In this document: one piece after another, positions 55,374-64,000 of the stretch
Layout: every line of letters begins with the position of its first letter
Position numbering within the stretch: the first letter of the stretch is position 1
Origin: Bacillota bacterium
Lineage (GTDB): Bacteria; Bacillota; Dethiobacteria; DTU022; UBA8154
Reading direction: 5' to 3'
Length of the DNA: 64,000 bases
Assembly: GCA_012837615.1 (NCBI GenBank)
Contig: DUQX01000004.1
Location: 3,436-67,435 of the forward strand
Position numbers and translations under genes: made by a program
The notes under the pieces: generated by a model
What the model saw: only the letters and a program-made list of their open reading frames with translations
The model's database searches: none
What the model was told of the DNA's origin: nothing

Positions 55374-56348
55374 TTAAATATGCTGTTTCTCAAGTAAATG
55401 TCCATATTTCTGATCTATTAATTTTTGAGCTGTAATAAGATCATCCCTTATCTGCTTAATCAAAGATTGACCGTCTTTAAAAGCTATCTCATCTCTAATT
55501 CTGTGCAAAAAACGAATTGTTAATTCCTCACCATAAATGTCTTTGTCAAATTCCAGCAAAAAAGCTTCGACATGGGTTTCATCACCCTTGCAGAAGGTCG
55601 GTTTTCTTCCGACATTAGTAAGGGCAAACATTTCTTTATCCCTATACTTGACAAGGTTTAAATAAACACCATTTGCAGGTAACAGAAGATCCCCTGGAAT
55701 CTGCAAGTTGGCCGTTGGAAATCCGAGCGTCGTCCCTCTGCCTTCACCATGAATCACCTTTCCCTTTCTCTCAAAGAAGGTGCCCAGGTACTCCGAAGCC
55801 TTTTGAACTTCTCCCCTTGCAACCAGTTCCCTAATAAGCGAGCTGCTGATTACTTTGCCCCCGATCATAACGGGAGGAATAATCTCCACCTGAAAACCAA
55901 ATTTTTTACTTAACTCCGCCAAGGTATAGGTTGTCCCTTTCCCCCGGTACCCAAAAGTATAATCATAACCGACAACGATCTGAGCAACATTTAATGAATG
56001 AACCAGGTAATCCCGGATAAAACTAGAAGGAGAAAACAACGCCATCTCCTCTGTAAATTGTTCGATTATCAGATAATCTATCCCTATGCTATCTATTATT
56101 GCCGCCCTTTCTTCTAATGAGGAAAGCAATCGAAAAGATTTTTGCGGAAACAATACACGTATCGGATGAGGGTTCAAAAGAAACACAGCGCTCTTTAGCC
56201 CCAACCTTTTTGCATTATCTTTTGTCTTCTCAAGAATTTTTCTATGAGCAAGGTGTATGCCGTCAAAATTTCCGAGGGCGACAACCAGACCGCTGTTTTT
56301 CCCTTTGCTTTTTACTTTATAGTTATCTACATTATATATTACCTTCAT
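55374..56348 (-). CDS. ribF: Bifunctional riboflavin kinase / FMN adenylyltransferase
   Basis: GNFDGIHLAH and GFPTAN motifs, 324 aa. Confidence 0.93.
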   Translation of the reverse strand: MKVIYNVDNYKVKSKGKNSGLVVALGNFDGIHLAHRKILEKTKDNAKRLGLKSAVFLLNPHPIRVLFPQKSFRLLSSLEERAAIIDSIGIDYLIIEQFTEEMALFSPSSFIRDYLVHSLNVAQIVVGYDYTFGYRGKGTTYTLAELSKKFGFQVEIIPPVMIGGKVISSSLIRELVARGEVQKASEYLGTFFERKGKVIHGEGRGTTLGFPTANLQIPGDLLLPANGVYLNLVKYRDKEMFALTNVGRKPTFCKGDETHVEAFLLEFDKDIYGEELTIRFLHRIRDEIAFKDGQSLIKQIRDDLITAQKLIDQKYGHLLEKQHI

Positions 56349-57282
56349 GGTAACTCCCTTTGTTCTTAATGGTTTGAAATACTTTTTCGGGTTTTAAAAA
56401 AAAACCTGAGCCGTGATTGCATTTCCAGCGGGCTAATACCGCAAACTCCTTTTTGGGAGTATATACCGGCACAATTTTATCGTCAGCAGGTTCTGAAAAA
56501 ACATTTATCGCTCTATTAGAAACCTCTTTAAATGATAAAAAGCTTCCCTGTGATAGAAATCTGATATCTTCATAACCAAGCATTAAATAATCCATCTTCT
56601 GAAAAAGAAAATCGAGCGGCAATAACAGGTGACCGTAAGATTCCCTGCCGGAGAACTCCTCTAGAATATGGGATTCTGAGAGGACAAAGGGACCTACTTC
56701 CTTTCTAAGGAGAAATGCCATATGCCCACCACAACCAAGCGCGTCCCCGATCTGTGAACAAAGAGTCCTGATATAGGTACCTTTAGAGCATTTTACCTCG
56801 AAATATATCCTTTGTGGGGGGAAATAATCTAATATTTTAATGTAATAAATATGTACCGCTTTCGGATTGCGTTCAACAGTTGTCCCCTGTCGCGCATACT
56901 CATATAGTTTTTTTCCCCTGTGTTTCACCGCTGCAAACATCGGGGGAATTTGCATAATTTCCCCTTCGAAGGAGCAAAATACCTCTTCAATATCCTTGAA
57001 GTTAAACCTGAAGGAAGATGCCCGCCTAATAATTTTACCAGAGGCATCGGCGGTATCTGTAGATAAGCCGAGAAACAACTCCGCCCTGTAGATTTTTGGA
57101 AAGTCAACCAGATAAGAAGATAGCCGGGTTGCTTTACCCAAAAGAACAGGCAAAACCCCGGCTGCTCCGGGGTCTAAAGTGCCGCCATGACCAACTTTGA
57201 CCTTTATCCTCCCGCGTATATATTCCACGACATCGTGTGAAGTTAAACCGGGAGGCTTTAATATATTTAAAAAACCGTTCAA
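56332..57282 (-). CDS. truB: tRNA pseudouridine(55) synthase
   Basis: GHGGTLDPGAAGVLPV catalytic Asp motif and a PUA-like C-terminus. Confidence 0.93.
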   Translation of the reverse strand: MNGFLNILKPPGLTSHDVVEYIRGRIKVKVGHGGTLDPGAAGVLPVLLGKATRLSSYLVDFPKIYRAELFLGLSTDTADASGKIIRRASSFRFNFKDIEEVFCSFEGEIMQIPPMFAAVKHRGKKLYEYARQGTTVERNPKAVHIYYIKILDYFPPQRIYFEVKCSKGTYIRTLCSQIGDALGCGGHMAFLLRKEVGPFVLSESHILEEFSGRESYGHLLLPLDFLFQKMDYLMLGYEDIRFLSQGSFLSFKEVSNRAINVFSEPADDKIVPVYTPKKEFAVLARWKCNHGSGFFLKPEKVFQTIKNKGSYHEGNI

Positions 57283-57287
57283 GTAAA

Positions 57288-58259
57288 TTACCCCTTGCTA
57301 ATTAGCCTTGATACGCTCTGTAATACAATTTTTACCACTTCCTCCGGCCGGCCCTTTATAGTACATCCAGCAGCGCGGGGGTGACCGCCTCCACCGAGAG
57401 CATGGGCAACAGAAGCGATATCAACCGTTTTTGAACGAAATCCCACTTTTGTTTCCTCGAAATCTGTATGATGAAAAAATATCCCAACCTCTACGCTTTC
57501 AATATTTTTAACGTAATTAACAAATCCGTCCAGCTCCGCCGAATTTGCCTGCCGTTTTCTCAGCAATGCATCATCAACTGCCATCCATGCTATTTTCCCT
57601 GTTTCATCAAACTGCAATGTTCCCAGCGCGTCACGCAATAAAAATATAGTAGACACCGGATATTCATCAAATATTTTCTGGCTGACATAAAAAGGGTTTA
57701 CGCCTTTTTCCAGGAGCCTAGCGGCGATCTCCATCGTTTGAGGTGTTGTGTTTTCATATTTAAAAGATCCGGTATCGGAACTGATTGCAACATACAGACA
57801 AAGGCTGATCTCATAATTGAGCTCATAATCATTCTGCAGTATCCGATAAATAATTTCTCCTGTTGATGCCGCTGAAGAATCAATAAGGTTTAAATCACCG
57901 AATTTTTCGTTGGTCACATGGTGATCAATGTTTACGATTCTATCGAGCCTCAGTACTTTCTCCCCCATATATTCAAGTCGCCTTAAATCACTGCAATCCA
58001 GAATAAAGGCCATACCTTTTCCTTCTTTAGGAATGAAAGAGTCCTGGAAAGTTTCCACCCCTGGAAGAAAAGAATACCTGGACGGTATTACATCCGGGCA
58101 AAATACCTCCACATTTTTATGCTCGGTTTTTAAAGCATTCGCCAGAGCCAGTGAAGAACCGATAGCATCGCCATCCGGCCTTACGTGGGTAAAGATATAA
58201 ATATTATCATAACAGCCGGCGAGCAAAGAACTTAAGTTAAACGGTTTAGAACCACTCAT
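57288..58259 (-). CDS. nrnA: DHH/DHHA1 phosphoesterase (NrnA-like nanoRNase / pAp phosphatase)
   Basis: HVRPDGDAIGS, DHH (NIDHHVTN) and GGGHPRAAG motifs. Confidence 0.85.
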   Translation of the reverse strand: MSGSKPFNLSSLLAGCYDNIYIFTHVRPDGDAIGSSLALANALKTEHKNVEVFCPDVIPSRYSFLPGVETFQDSFIPKEGKGMAFILDCSDLRRLEYMGEKVLRLDRIVNIDHHVTNEKFGDLNLIDSSAASTGEIIYRILQNDYELNYEISLCLYVAISSDTGSFKYENTTPQTMEIAARLLEKGVNPFYVSQKIFDEYPVSTIFLLRDALGTLQFDETGKIAWMAVDDALLRKRQANSAELDGFVNYVKNIESVEVGIFFHHTDFEETKVGFRSKTVDIASVAHALGGGGHPRAAGCTIKGRPEEVVKIVLQSVSRLISKG

Positions 58260-58639
58260 TTTTGTTCTTCGGCCCCCTGTTCCGGCCTTATTTGCTTGAG
58301 GACACTTTCTATACGGGCGCCGTAATCCAAAGAGCTGTCAAGGTAAAATTCTATCTCCGGCACATACCTCAACCGGATACGTTTGCCAATCTCCGACCGT
58401 ATAAAACCAGATGCCTTATGGAGAACTTTTAAGACTTTTTCCTGTTCTTCCTTACCCGCAAAAACGCTCACGAATATTTTTGTATAACGCAAATCTCCGG
58501 AGACCTCAACATCGGTAATGCTTGTCATTTTCTCTAAACCCGGATCTTTAAGCTCAAAGCATATAATCTCACTTACTTCTTTCTTTATTTCTTCTGCAAC
58601 TCTTTGGCGGCGCTGCTTTCCCATCATTAAAACCCCCAA
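58256..58639 (-). CDS. rbfA: Ribosome-binding factor A
   Basis: Canonical RbfA sequence in the position after infB. Confidence 0.93.
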   Translation of the reverse strand: MGVLMMGKQRRQRVAEEIKKEVSEIICFELKDPGLEKMTSITDVEVSGDLRYTKIFVSVFAGKEEQEKVLKVLHKASGFIRSEIGKRIRLRYVPEIEFYLDSSLDYGARIESVLKQIRPEQGAEEQK

Positions 58640-58661
58640 GAAGCTTTTTTAACAAATCTTA

Positions 58662-60755
58662 TTAAATTGCGTTTACCTTCGTTATTTCAAACGCTTCCAG
58701 AATATCCTTTTCCTTTAAATCATTAAAGTTTTCCAGAACAATACCGCATTCGAACCCCGTGTTAACTTCTTTAACATCGTCCTTAAAACGCTTTAAGGAT
58801 TCAATTTTCCCTTCATGAATAATTGTACCATCTCTAATAACCCGCATATTGGCATTACGGGTGATTTTTCCATCCAGCACATATGAACCCGCCACAGTCC
58901 CTATTCTGGATACTTTGAAAATCTGCCTGATTTCCGCCTGACCCAAAACCTTTTCTTCATATTCAGGTTCGAGCAATCCGTGGATAGCTGCTTTAACATC
59001 TTCAATAACTTCATAAATTACCCGATAAAGCCTTATATCAACCTGCTCTTTTTCCGCCAATTTTCTTGCATTTGCCTCTGGGCGAATATTAAACCCAATA
59101 ATGATCGCGTTAGAAGCGGAAGCGAGCATGACATCGGATTCGGTAATTGCCCCCACCCCGTTATGAATTATTTTGATTTTCACCTGTTCGCTTTCAATTT
59201 TCAGCAATGATTCTTGCAGGGCTTCAGCCGAACCCTGTACATCGGCTTTAATAATAATATTCAAATCGATTTCATTATCCTTAATCTGGCTAAAAAAATC
59301 CTCCAGCGACACTCTTTGTACTTTACGTAGGGTGGCCTCTCTTAATTTTTCCCCTCTTTTAGCAGCTATTTGCCTGGCAAACTTTTCATCATTGATCACA
59401 AAAAAAGTGTCTCCAGCCTGGGGAACCTCGGCTAATCCCAGAATTTCCACCGGAGTTGAGGGATAAGCTTTCTTAATTCTTTTTCCCTTATCATCAATCA
59501 TCGCCCTTACTTTTCCATAAATATTGCCACAAATAATCGGATTGCCTACAGCTATTACACCATCTTGAACAAGCACCGTGGCCACAGGTCCCCTGCCCTT
59601 ATCAAGCTTTGCTTCTATAACAGTTCCTTTAGCATTGCATGAATAATTAGCTTTCAGCTCAGCCATTTCAGCAACCAGCAAGATCATTTCCAGCAGTTCA
59701 TCGAGCCCTTCCCTTTTCAGAGCGCTTACATTTACAATAATCGTATCCCCGCCCCATTCTTCCGGTATCAGGTTTACATCGGCTAGCTGCTTTTTCACCC
59801 TTTCGGGGTTGGCATTAGGCCTGTCAATTTTATTAATAGCAACAATAATTGGTACTCCTGCAGCTTTAGTATGGTTTATGGCCTCAATAGTCTGTGGCAT
59901 TACACCATCATCAGCAGCTACAACGAGTACGGCAATATCTGTTATCTGCGCTCCCCTGGCACGCATGGCAGTAAAAGCTTCATGTCCGGGAGTATCGAGG
60001 AACACTACTTTCTTATGATTAATCTCAACCGTATAAGCCCCAATATGCTGCGTAATCCCCCCGGCTTCGGTAGCTTGAACGTTAGTTTCCTTAATTGCAT
60101 CCAAAAGGGAGGTTTTTCCATGATCAACATGCCCTAAAACGGTAACAACCGGGGGCCTCGGCTTTATTACCCTGTTATCAAGCTCATCCTCTTCAATAAT
60201 GTTTAACAGTTCTTCTTCATCAGGGTCTGCTTTTACTTTGATATTGATTTTGTACTCTTCAGCCAAGATTTCCAATTGATCCTCTGTTAACCGCTGATTG
60301 ATATTGGATATTATCCCCAGTTCCAGTAGTTTTTGAAGAATATCCGATACCGGCACGTTAATTCTTCCTGCCAACTCCCCGACTGTAACTCTTCCTTCAA
60401 GGAGAAGGGTCTCAACCGCCATCTCCGGCTGTTTTTCCTGATTTAATTTTGCCGTTTTCCGGGCTTTTCTTCCCTCTTTTACAACTTTTTTATTAACTTG
60501 TTTTTTTGCGGGAGCTGTTTTTTTTGCAGGAGCAGTCTCAGGTGCCTTTTTAACATTATCACCCGCCTCCGCCTGGGCATCAATCGGTTTCTTTTCCCCT
60601 TTTGTTAACATATCCATTACCCTTTTGGCAACATCTTCTTCCATTGTACTCATATGATTTTTTACATCTACATTAAGCTCCCGGAGAACAGTAATTAACT
60701 TTTTACTGTTAATTCCCAAATTCCTGGCCAGTTCATATACTCTTACTTTAGCCAC
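58662..60755 (-). CDS. infB: Translation initiation factor IF-2 (GTG start)
   Basis: G domain [21 protein letters not shown], and the C-terminal domains. Confidence 0.97.
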   Translation of the reverse strand: MAKVRVYELARNLGINSKKLITVLRELNVDVKNHMSTMEEDVAKRVMDMLTKGEKKPIDAQAEAGDNVKKAPETAPAKKTAPAKKQVNKKVVKEGRKARKTAKLNQEKQPEMAVETLLLEGRVTVGELAGRINVPVSDILQKLLELGIISNINQRLTEDQLEILAEEYKINIKVKADPDEEELLNIIEEDELDNRVIKPRPPVVTVLGHVDHGKTSLLDAIKETNVQATEAGGITQHIGAYTVEINHKKVVFLDTPGHEAFTAMRARGAQITDIAVLVVAADDGVMPQTIEAINHTKAAGVPIIVAINKIDRPNANPERVKKQLADVNLIPEEWGGDTIIVNVSALKREGLDELLEMILLVAEMAELKANYSCNAKGTVIEAKLDKGRGPVATVLVQDGVIAVGNPIICGNIYGKVRAMIDDKGKRIKKAYPSTPVEILGLAEVPQAGDTFFVINDEKFARQIAAKRGEKLREATLRKVQRVSLEDFFSQIKDNEIDLNIIIKADVQGSAEALQESLLKIESEQVKIKIIHNGVGAITESDVMLASASNAIIIGFNIRPEANARKLAEKEQVDIRLYRVIYEVIEDVKAAIHGLLEPEYEEKVLGQAEIRQIFKVSRIGTVAGSYVLDGKITRNANMRVIRDGTIIHEGKIESLKRFKDDVKEVNTGFECGIVLENFNDLKEKDILEAFEITKVNAI

Positions 60756-60865
60756 TAAATTACACCTCCATTAGTATTTACCTCCTTAAGACGAGGAATG
60801 TCTCCTCCGGGGCAAGGCAAAACCTGTAACCTGTCGTCCTACAAGCTTTCCCGCCCCCTTTCATT

Positions 60866-61138
60866 TTAATCGGGTCTTTCCAGTTGATCCTTTAATAAAT
60901 CAACAATATCCTCAGGAATTTTCCGGCGCAAGCTTTTTTCAAGCCCTTTGGTGTTAATCGCCCTTAATAAACAATCAATATCGGGACAAATATAAGCACC
61001 CCTGCCGGCCCTTTTCCCGGTATTATCCAGTTCAATTTCCCCTTCGGGTGTTCTGACAATACGGATCAAATCCCTTTTATCTTTAATCTCACGGCAACCC
61101 AAGCACATCCTATGAGGAATTTTACGTTTACGTACCAT
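60866..61138 (-). CDS. ylxR: YlxR/RnpM (DUF448) RNA-binding protein
   Basis: RMCLGCREIKDKRDLIRIV and GRGAYIC motifs, located between nusA and infB. Confidence 0.85.
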   Translation of the reverse strand: MVRKRKIPHRMCLGCREIKDKRDLIRIVRTPEGEIELDNTGKRAGRGAYICPDIDCLLRAINTKGLEKSLRRKIPEDIVDLLKDQLERPD

Positions 61139-61219
61139 AATAACTCATCCCTTCAAATTTGCCAGCCTAACCAGCCTATCATGTAAGAAAATTAAATAGG
61201 TCTAACATTCGACTCTGGT

Positions 61220-62425
61220 TCATTCGCCTTGTGCGTGCTCATTATTAATTGGGCGCTCACCGATATTATCGCTAGTACCGTCATCTATACTATCAGCGCC
61301 ATCATCGATAGCGCTATCAGTACTATCATTAACAGGTTCATCATCAACAGGTTCATCCTCGTCTATTTGTCCTTCTTGATGTTCAAACTGTTCATTATAC
61401 TTCGATTCGCTAATGATATCTATCTTCCAACCCGAAAGCTTCGCGGCCAGACGAACATTTTGACCTTCTCTTCCAATAGCTAGAGACAGCTGGTAATCCG
61501 GTACTACCACCGATGCGGATTTGTTCTCCGGCTTTATTTCCACTTTTAAAGTTTTAGCAGGACTTAATGACCTGGCAACAAATATTTCGGGATCATCACT
61601 CCACTCTATAATATCAATCTTCTCGCCTTTTAGCTCATTGACAATAGATTGTACCCGGGAACCTTTTGGACCTACACAAGCCCCTACAGGGTCAACATCC
61701 TTATTTCTGGAATATACTGCAACCTTAGAACGGTTTCCCGGCTCGCGGGAAATAGATTTAATTTCCACAACACCATTAAATATTTCAGGGACTTCCAGTT
61801 CAAACAGGCGTTTTAAAAAACCTGGATGAGTTCTCGATACAAGAATTTGTGGACCCTTGGTTGTTTTCTTCACTTCTAAAATATAAGCCTTGATCCGATC
61901 CCCCTGATTATATGATTCTCCAGGAATTTGTTCAGTCAAAGCCAAAATGGCCTCCGTTTTTCCCAGATTAATTATAGCATTTTTTTGTTCAAAGCGCTGA
62001 ACTAAACCCGTTACAATATCTTCTTCCCGATCAACATATTCTTCATAAATGAGATCCCTTTCAGCCTCTCTAATTCGCTGAATAACAACTTGTTTTGCAG
62101 TTTGTGCTGCAATCCTCCCAAAATTTTTTGGGGTTACCTCAAACTCAACCGTATCACCCAGTTCATAGTGAGGATCTTTTTTCTTGGCCTCTTCCAAATG
62201 GATCTCCTGCTGCGGGTTCAAAACTTTATCAACAACTTGTAAGCATGAAAAGATCTCTATCTCTCCCGTTTCCCTGACAATATTTACCCTGACATTATGC
62301 GCAGAATTAAAATTTCGTTTATAAGCTGAAATCAAAGCTGCCTCTATCGCTTCAAATAACGTTTCCTTCTTAATACCTTTTTCTTTTTCAATTGCTTCAA
62401 GAGCCAGCATAAAATCTTGGTTCAT
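61220..62425 (-). CDS. nusA: Transcription termination/antitermination factor NusA (with acidic C-terminal tail)
   Basis: N-terminal domain, S1, KH1 and KH2 (GPKGSRVQ, IGREGQNVRLA), and an Asp/Glu-rich tail. Confidence 0.97.
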   Translation of the reverse strand: MNQDFMLALEAIEKEKGIKKETLFEAIEAALISAYKRNFNSAHNVRVNIVRETGEIEIFSCLQVVDKVLNPQQEIHLEEAKKKDPHYELGDTVEFEVTPKNFGRIAAQTAKQVVIQRIREAERDLIYEEYVDREEDIVTGLVQRFEQKNAIINLGKTEAILALTEQIPGESYNQGDRIKAYILEVKKTTKGPQILVSRTHPGFLKRLFELEVPEIFNGVVEIKSISREPGNRSKVAVYSRNKDVDPVGACVGPKGSRVQSIVNELKGEKIDIIEWSDDPEIFVARSLSPAKTLKVEIKPENKSASVVVPDYQLSLAIGREGQNVRLAAKLSGWKIDIISESKYNEQFEHQEGQIDEDEPVDDEPVNDSTDSAIDDGADSIDDGTSDNIGERPINNEHAQGE

Positions 62426-62444
62426 CTAGAATACCCCCTATATT

Positions 62445-62924
62445 TTATTTTAAAAAGAGGTTAGCTTTAGCAATATCCTTTAAGGAAAGATTTATTGTTT
62501 CACCTTCGTCTGTATGAAGAACGATGCTATCATTTTGTAAGCCTTTTAGCACCCCGGTAAACTTTTTTTGACCATTTATTTTTGTATAGGTTTTGATTCT
62601 GACATGATGCCCTTTGAAACGATCAAAATCTTCCTTTTTCATGAGGGGCCTTTCAACACCCGGTGAAGATACCTCCAGCGTATAGCTGCAAGGGATAGGA
62701 TCTTCCCTGTCAAGAAGCTCGCTGAGGGATCTGCTGACAAGCTCGCAATCTTCAAGATATACTCCACCCGGCTTATCAATATAAACAACAAGGTGGTCCC
62801 TTCCTCTATTAGACTTATATTCTATCCCAACCAATTCGAGATCCAGCTCACTTAGTACACGGGCAGCCAGGTCCTCAACGACTTTTTCCACACCCTGTTT
62901 ATTATTACTTTTATTTTTTTTCAT
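62445..62924 (-). CDS. rimP: Ribosome maturation factor RimP
   Basis: Canonical RimP sequence (EVSSPGVERPL), directly upstream of nusA. Confidence 0.93.
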   Translation of the reverse strand: MKKNKSNNKQGVEKVVEDLAARVLSELDLELVGIEYKSNRGRDHLVVYIDKPGGVYLEDCELVSRSLSELLDREDPIPCSYTLEVSSPGVERPLMKKEDFDRFKGHHVRIKTYTKINGQKKFTGVLKGLQNDSIVLHTDEGETINLSLKDIAKANLFLK

Positions 62925-62954
62925 AAAGATATCTCCTTAAATACTTTTTACGAA

Positions 62955-62978
62955 TAAAGAGTGGGTAAGCCCACTCTT
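62955..62978 (-). terminator. Hairpin + U-tract in the rimP-nusA leader (terminator/attenuator)
   Basis: Stem GAGTGGG / CCCACTC (extendable to 10 bp, AAAGAGTGGG / CCCACTCTTT), then TTTATT on the minus strand. It ends only ~30 nt upstream of the rimP RBS. Confidence 0.55.
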
Positions 62979-63066
62979 TACAAATAATCATTTCTTTTCT
63001 TAACATCCCCTGCAAAACAATTCCTAAAATATTCTATCACAGAAAAACGGTATATGCAAGAGATGC

Positions 63067-63708
63067 TTATTTTAATGAGTCTACCCGGGTAAAATATTTA
63101 ATAATTTCCCAGTACATTTTCATCCTGGCAGCCATTCCCTTCCATACCCCAAACTTCTCCTCCTTCATAACGTGAGACATATCGTATAAGAGCACTTCTT
63201 TTACCCTTACTTCTGATGATTCCATAAAACGATTTAAGGCAAGTTCAACGCCGAATCTTGCAACATCAAGATCGGAGATCTGTTCCAGCAGAGAAAACTT
63301 GAGTGCTCTTTGGCCCGAAAGGTAGGGTGCCATTTTCTGAGCTAAATCGGTAGCTATTCTACCTTTTTCAAATATGCCGATAGTCATATCCGCATGATCA
63401 TTAACAACCGGTTCAAGAAGATCCAGTACATGCTTTGGGGTCAAGCCAATCAAATCAGCATCAAGAAAGAGCACCACATCGGCTTTATTATTATCCAGAC
63501 CTGCTTTTATAGCGCCTCCTTTTCCGCGGTTTTCGCTTAATTCAATTACCTCAACTCCATAGCTTTTTGCCACTTGAACAGTATTATCGGTTGATCCGTC
63601 GCTTACAACAATGATTTTGTTTATTAAGGGAGTAACTTTAAGTACCGCCAGGACATGTCCAATTGTCTTTTCTTCGTTATAAGCAGGAATAATTGCGATA
63701 GACTTCAT
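63067..63708 (-). CDS. Glycosyltransferase family 2 (start ATG 63708 after GGAGGAAAGG)
   Basis: IIPAYNEE...VVSDGSTDNT...FLDADL GT-A motifs. Confidence 0.8.
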   Translation of the reverse strand: MKSIAIIPAYNEEKTIGHVLAVLKVTPLINKIIVVSDGSTDNTVQVAKSYGVEVIELSENRGKGGAIKAGLDNNKADVVLFLDADLIGLTPKHVLDLLEPVVNDHADMTIGIFEKGRIATDLAQKMAPYLSGQRALKFSLLEQISDLDVARFGVELALNRFMESSEVRVKEVLLYDMSHVMKEEKFGVWKGMAARMKMYWEIIKYFTRVDSLK

Positions 63709-63736
63709 GATGCCGCCTTTCCTCCGTTCTTTTTTG

Positions 63737-64000
63737 TTAATCGATAGCATTTTTCCGGTTTATTATTGCTGCGATCTCTCCTTTAAGGGCTTTCACAAGC
63801 TCATCTGCAGCAACCTTTTTGTAAACCTTACCCTTTTTAAAAATAATTCCAAATTTGTCGCCTCCAGATACTCCGATATCGGCCTCGCGCGCCTCACCGG
63901 GGCCGTTCACCGGACAACCCATAACTGCTATTTTAAGGGGACGTTCAATATCCCTAACCAACTCTTCAACTTTGTCCACCAGTTCAACAAGATTAATTTT
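63737..64000 (-). CDS. ispG: 4-hydroxy-3-methylbut-2-enyl-diphosphate synthase IspG, C-terminal part (gene continues beyond window)
   Basis: VMGCPVNGPGEAREADIGVSGG is the C-terminal Fe-S motif region. The frame is open to base 64000. Confidence 0.85.
   Translation of the reverse strand, partial: KINLVELVDKVEELVRDIERPLKIAVMGCPVNGPGEAREADIGVSGGDKFGIIFKKGKVYKKVAADELVKALKGEIAAIINRKNAID

Noticed and set aside
60756-60865. A missing ylxQ (L7Ae-like) gene between ylxR and infB. I looked for a hidden or degraded ORF.
   Set aside because: The gap is only 110 nt and holds no ORF. Absence of ylxQ is common outside the Bacilli.
61331-61360. A 15-bp tandem duplication (AACAGGTTCATCATC / AACAGGTTCATCCTC) within the nusA 3' end.
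   Set aside because: It encodes the repetitive acidic tail (DEPVD/DEPVN). It is ordinary low-complexity expansion, in frame, with no evidence of a separate function.
1-64000. CRISPR arrays, tRNA, rRNA, tmRNA, RNase P RNA and 6S/SRP RNA signatures in the larger intergenic regions (6872-7788, 12230-12690, 13273-13599, 29004-29378).
   Set aside because: I saw no regularly spaced direct repeats and no conserved core motifs of these RNAs by eye. A covariance-model scan would be needed for certainty.

Overview
This window is a low-GC (about 40% by spot counts) Firmicutes/Clostridia-type chromosome segment from a spore-former. It is mostly core genome and is strongly syntenic with the B. subtilis blocks mutS-mutL-miaA-hfq and rimP-nusA-ylxR-infB-rbfA-truB-ribF-rpsO-pnp-(deacetylase)-spoVFAB-dapA-rnj-tepA-ylzJ-ftsK-rodZ...recA-rny-spoVS. 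I support about 63 protein genes, a Leu-type T-box leader on leuA, variant SOS boxes on lexA and recA, a MerR-type 19-bp-spacer promoter and several intrinsic terminators. I found no rRNA, tRNA or CRISPR.

The most interesting signal lies in the 0.9-kb 'empty' spacer upstream of leuA. A 28-bp site at 7262-7289 matches the B. subtilis dif (Xer) site at 25 of 28 positions, as I recall that sequence. Gene-strand polarity flips around it, which implies the replication terminus. An exact 13-nt copy of its XerD-side half recurs 461 bp to the right, at 7737-7749. It directly abuts a 3.2-kb GC-rich, codon-foreign two-gene block (7789-10976) encoding an FHA-domain-fused SEDS (FtsW/RodA) polymerase and a class B PBP. 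This looks like an IMEX-like or horizontally acquired peptidoglycan-synthase module at dif, and it appears to be read through from a native GGDEF gene.

Other observations:
- A polysaccharide deacetylase has its signal peptide 1 nt out of frame at an A9/T9 tract.
- A 15-nt motif is shared by the MerR promoter spacer and the region upstream of the Na+-decarboxylase operon.
- A nested inverted-repeat (MITE/REP-like) element is present in two copies.
- A DUF1657 + DUF421-DUF1657 ('2Duf'-like) pair is present.
- There is a YqeC-MocA fusion with a ModE-like regulator.
- An uncharacterised operon (anchor protein, short FtsH-like protease, membrane metallophosphoesterase, ThpR) sits upstream of recA.

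All functional calls come from motif or family recognition by eye. No database search was possible.
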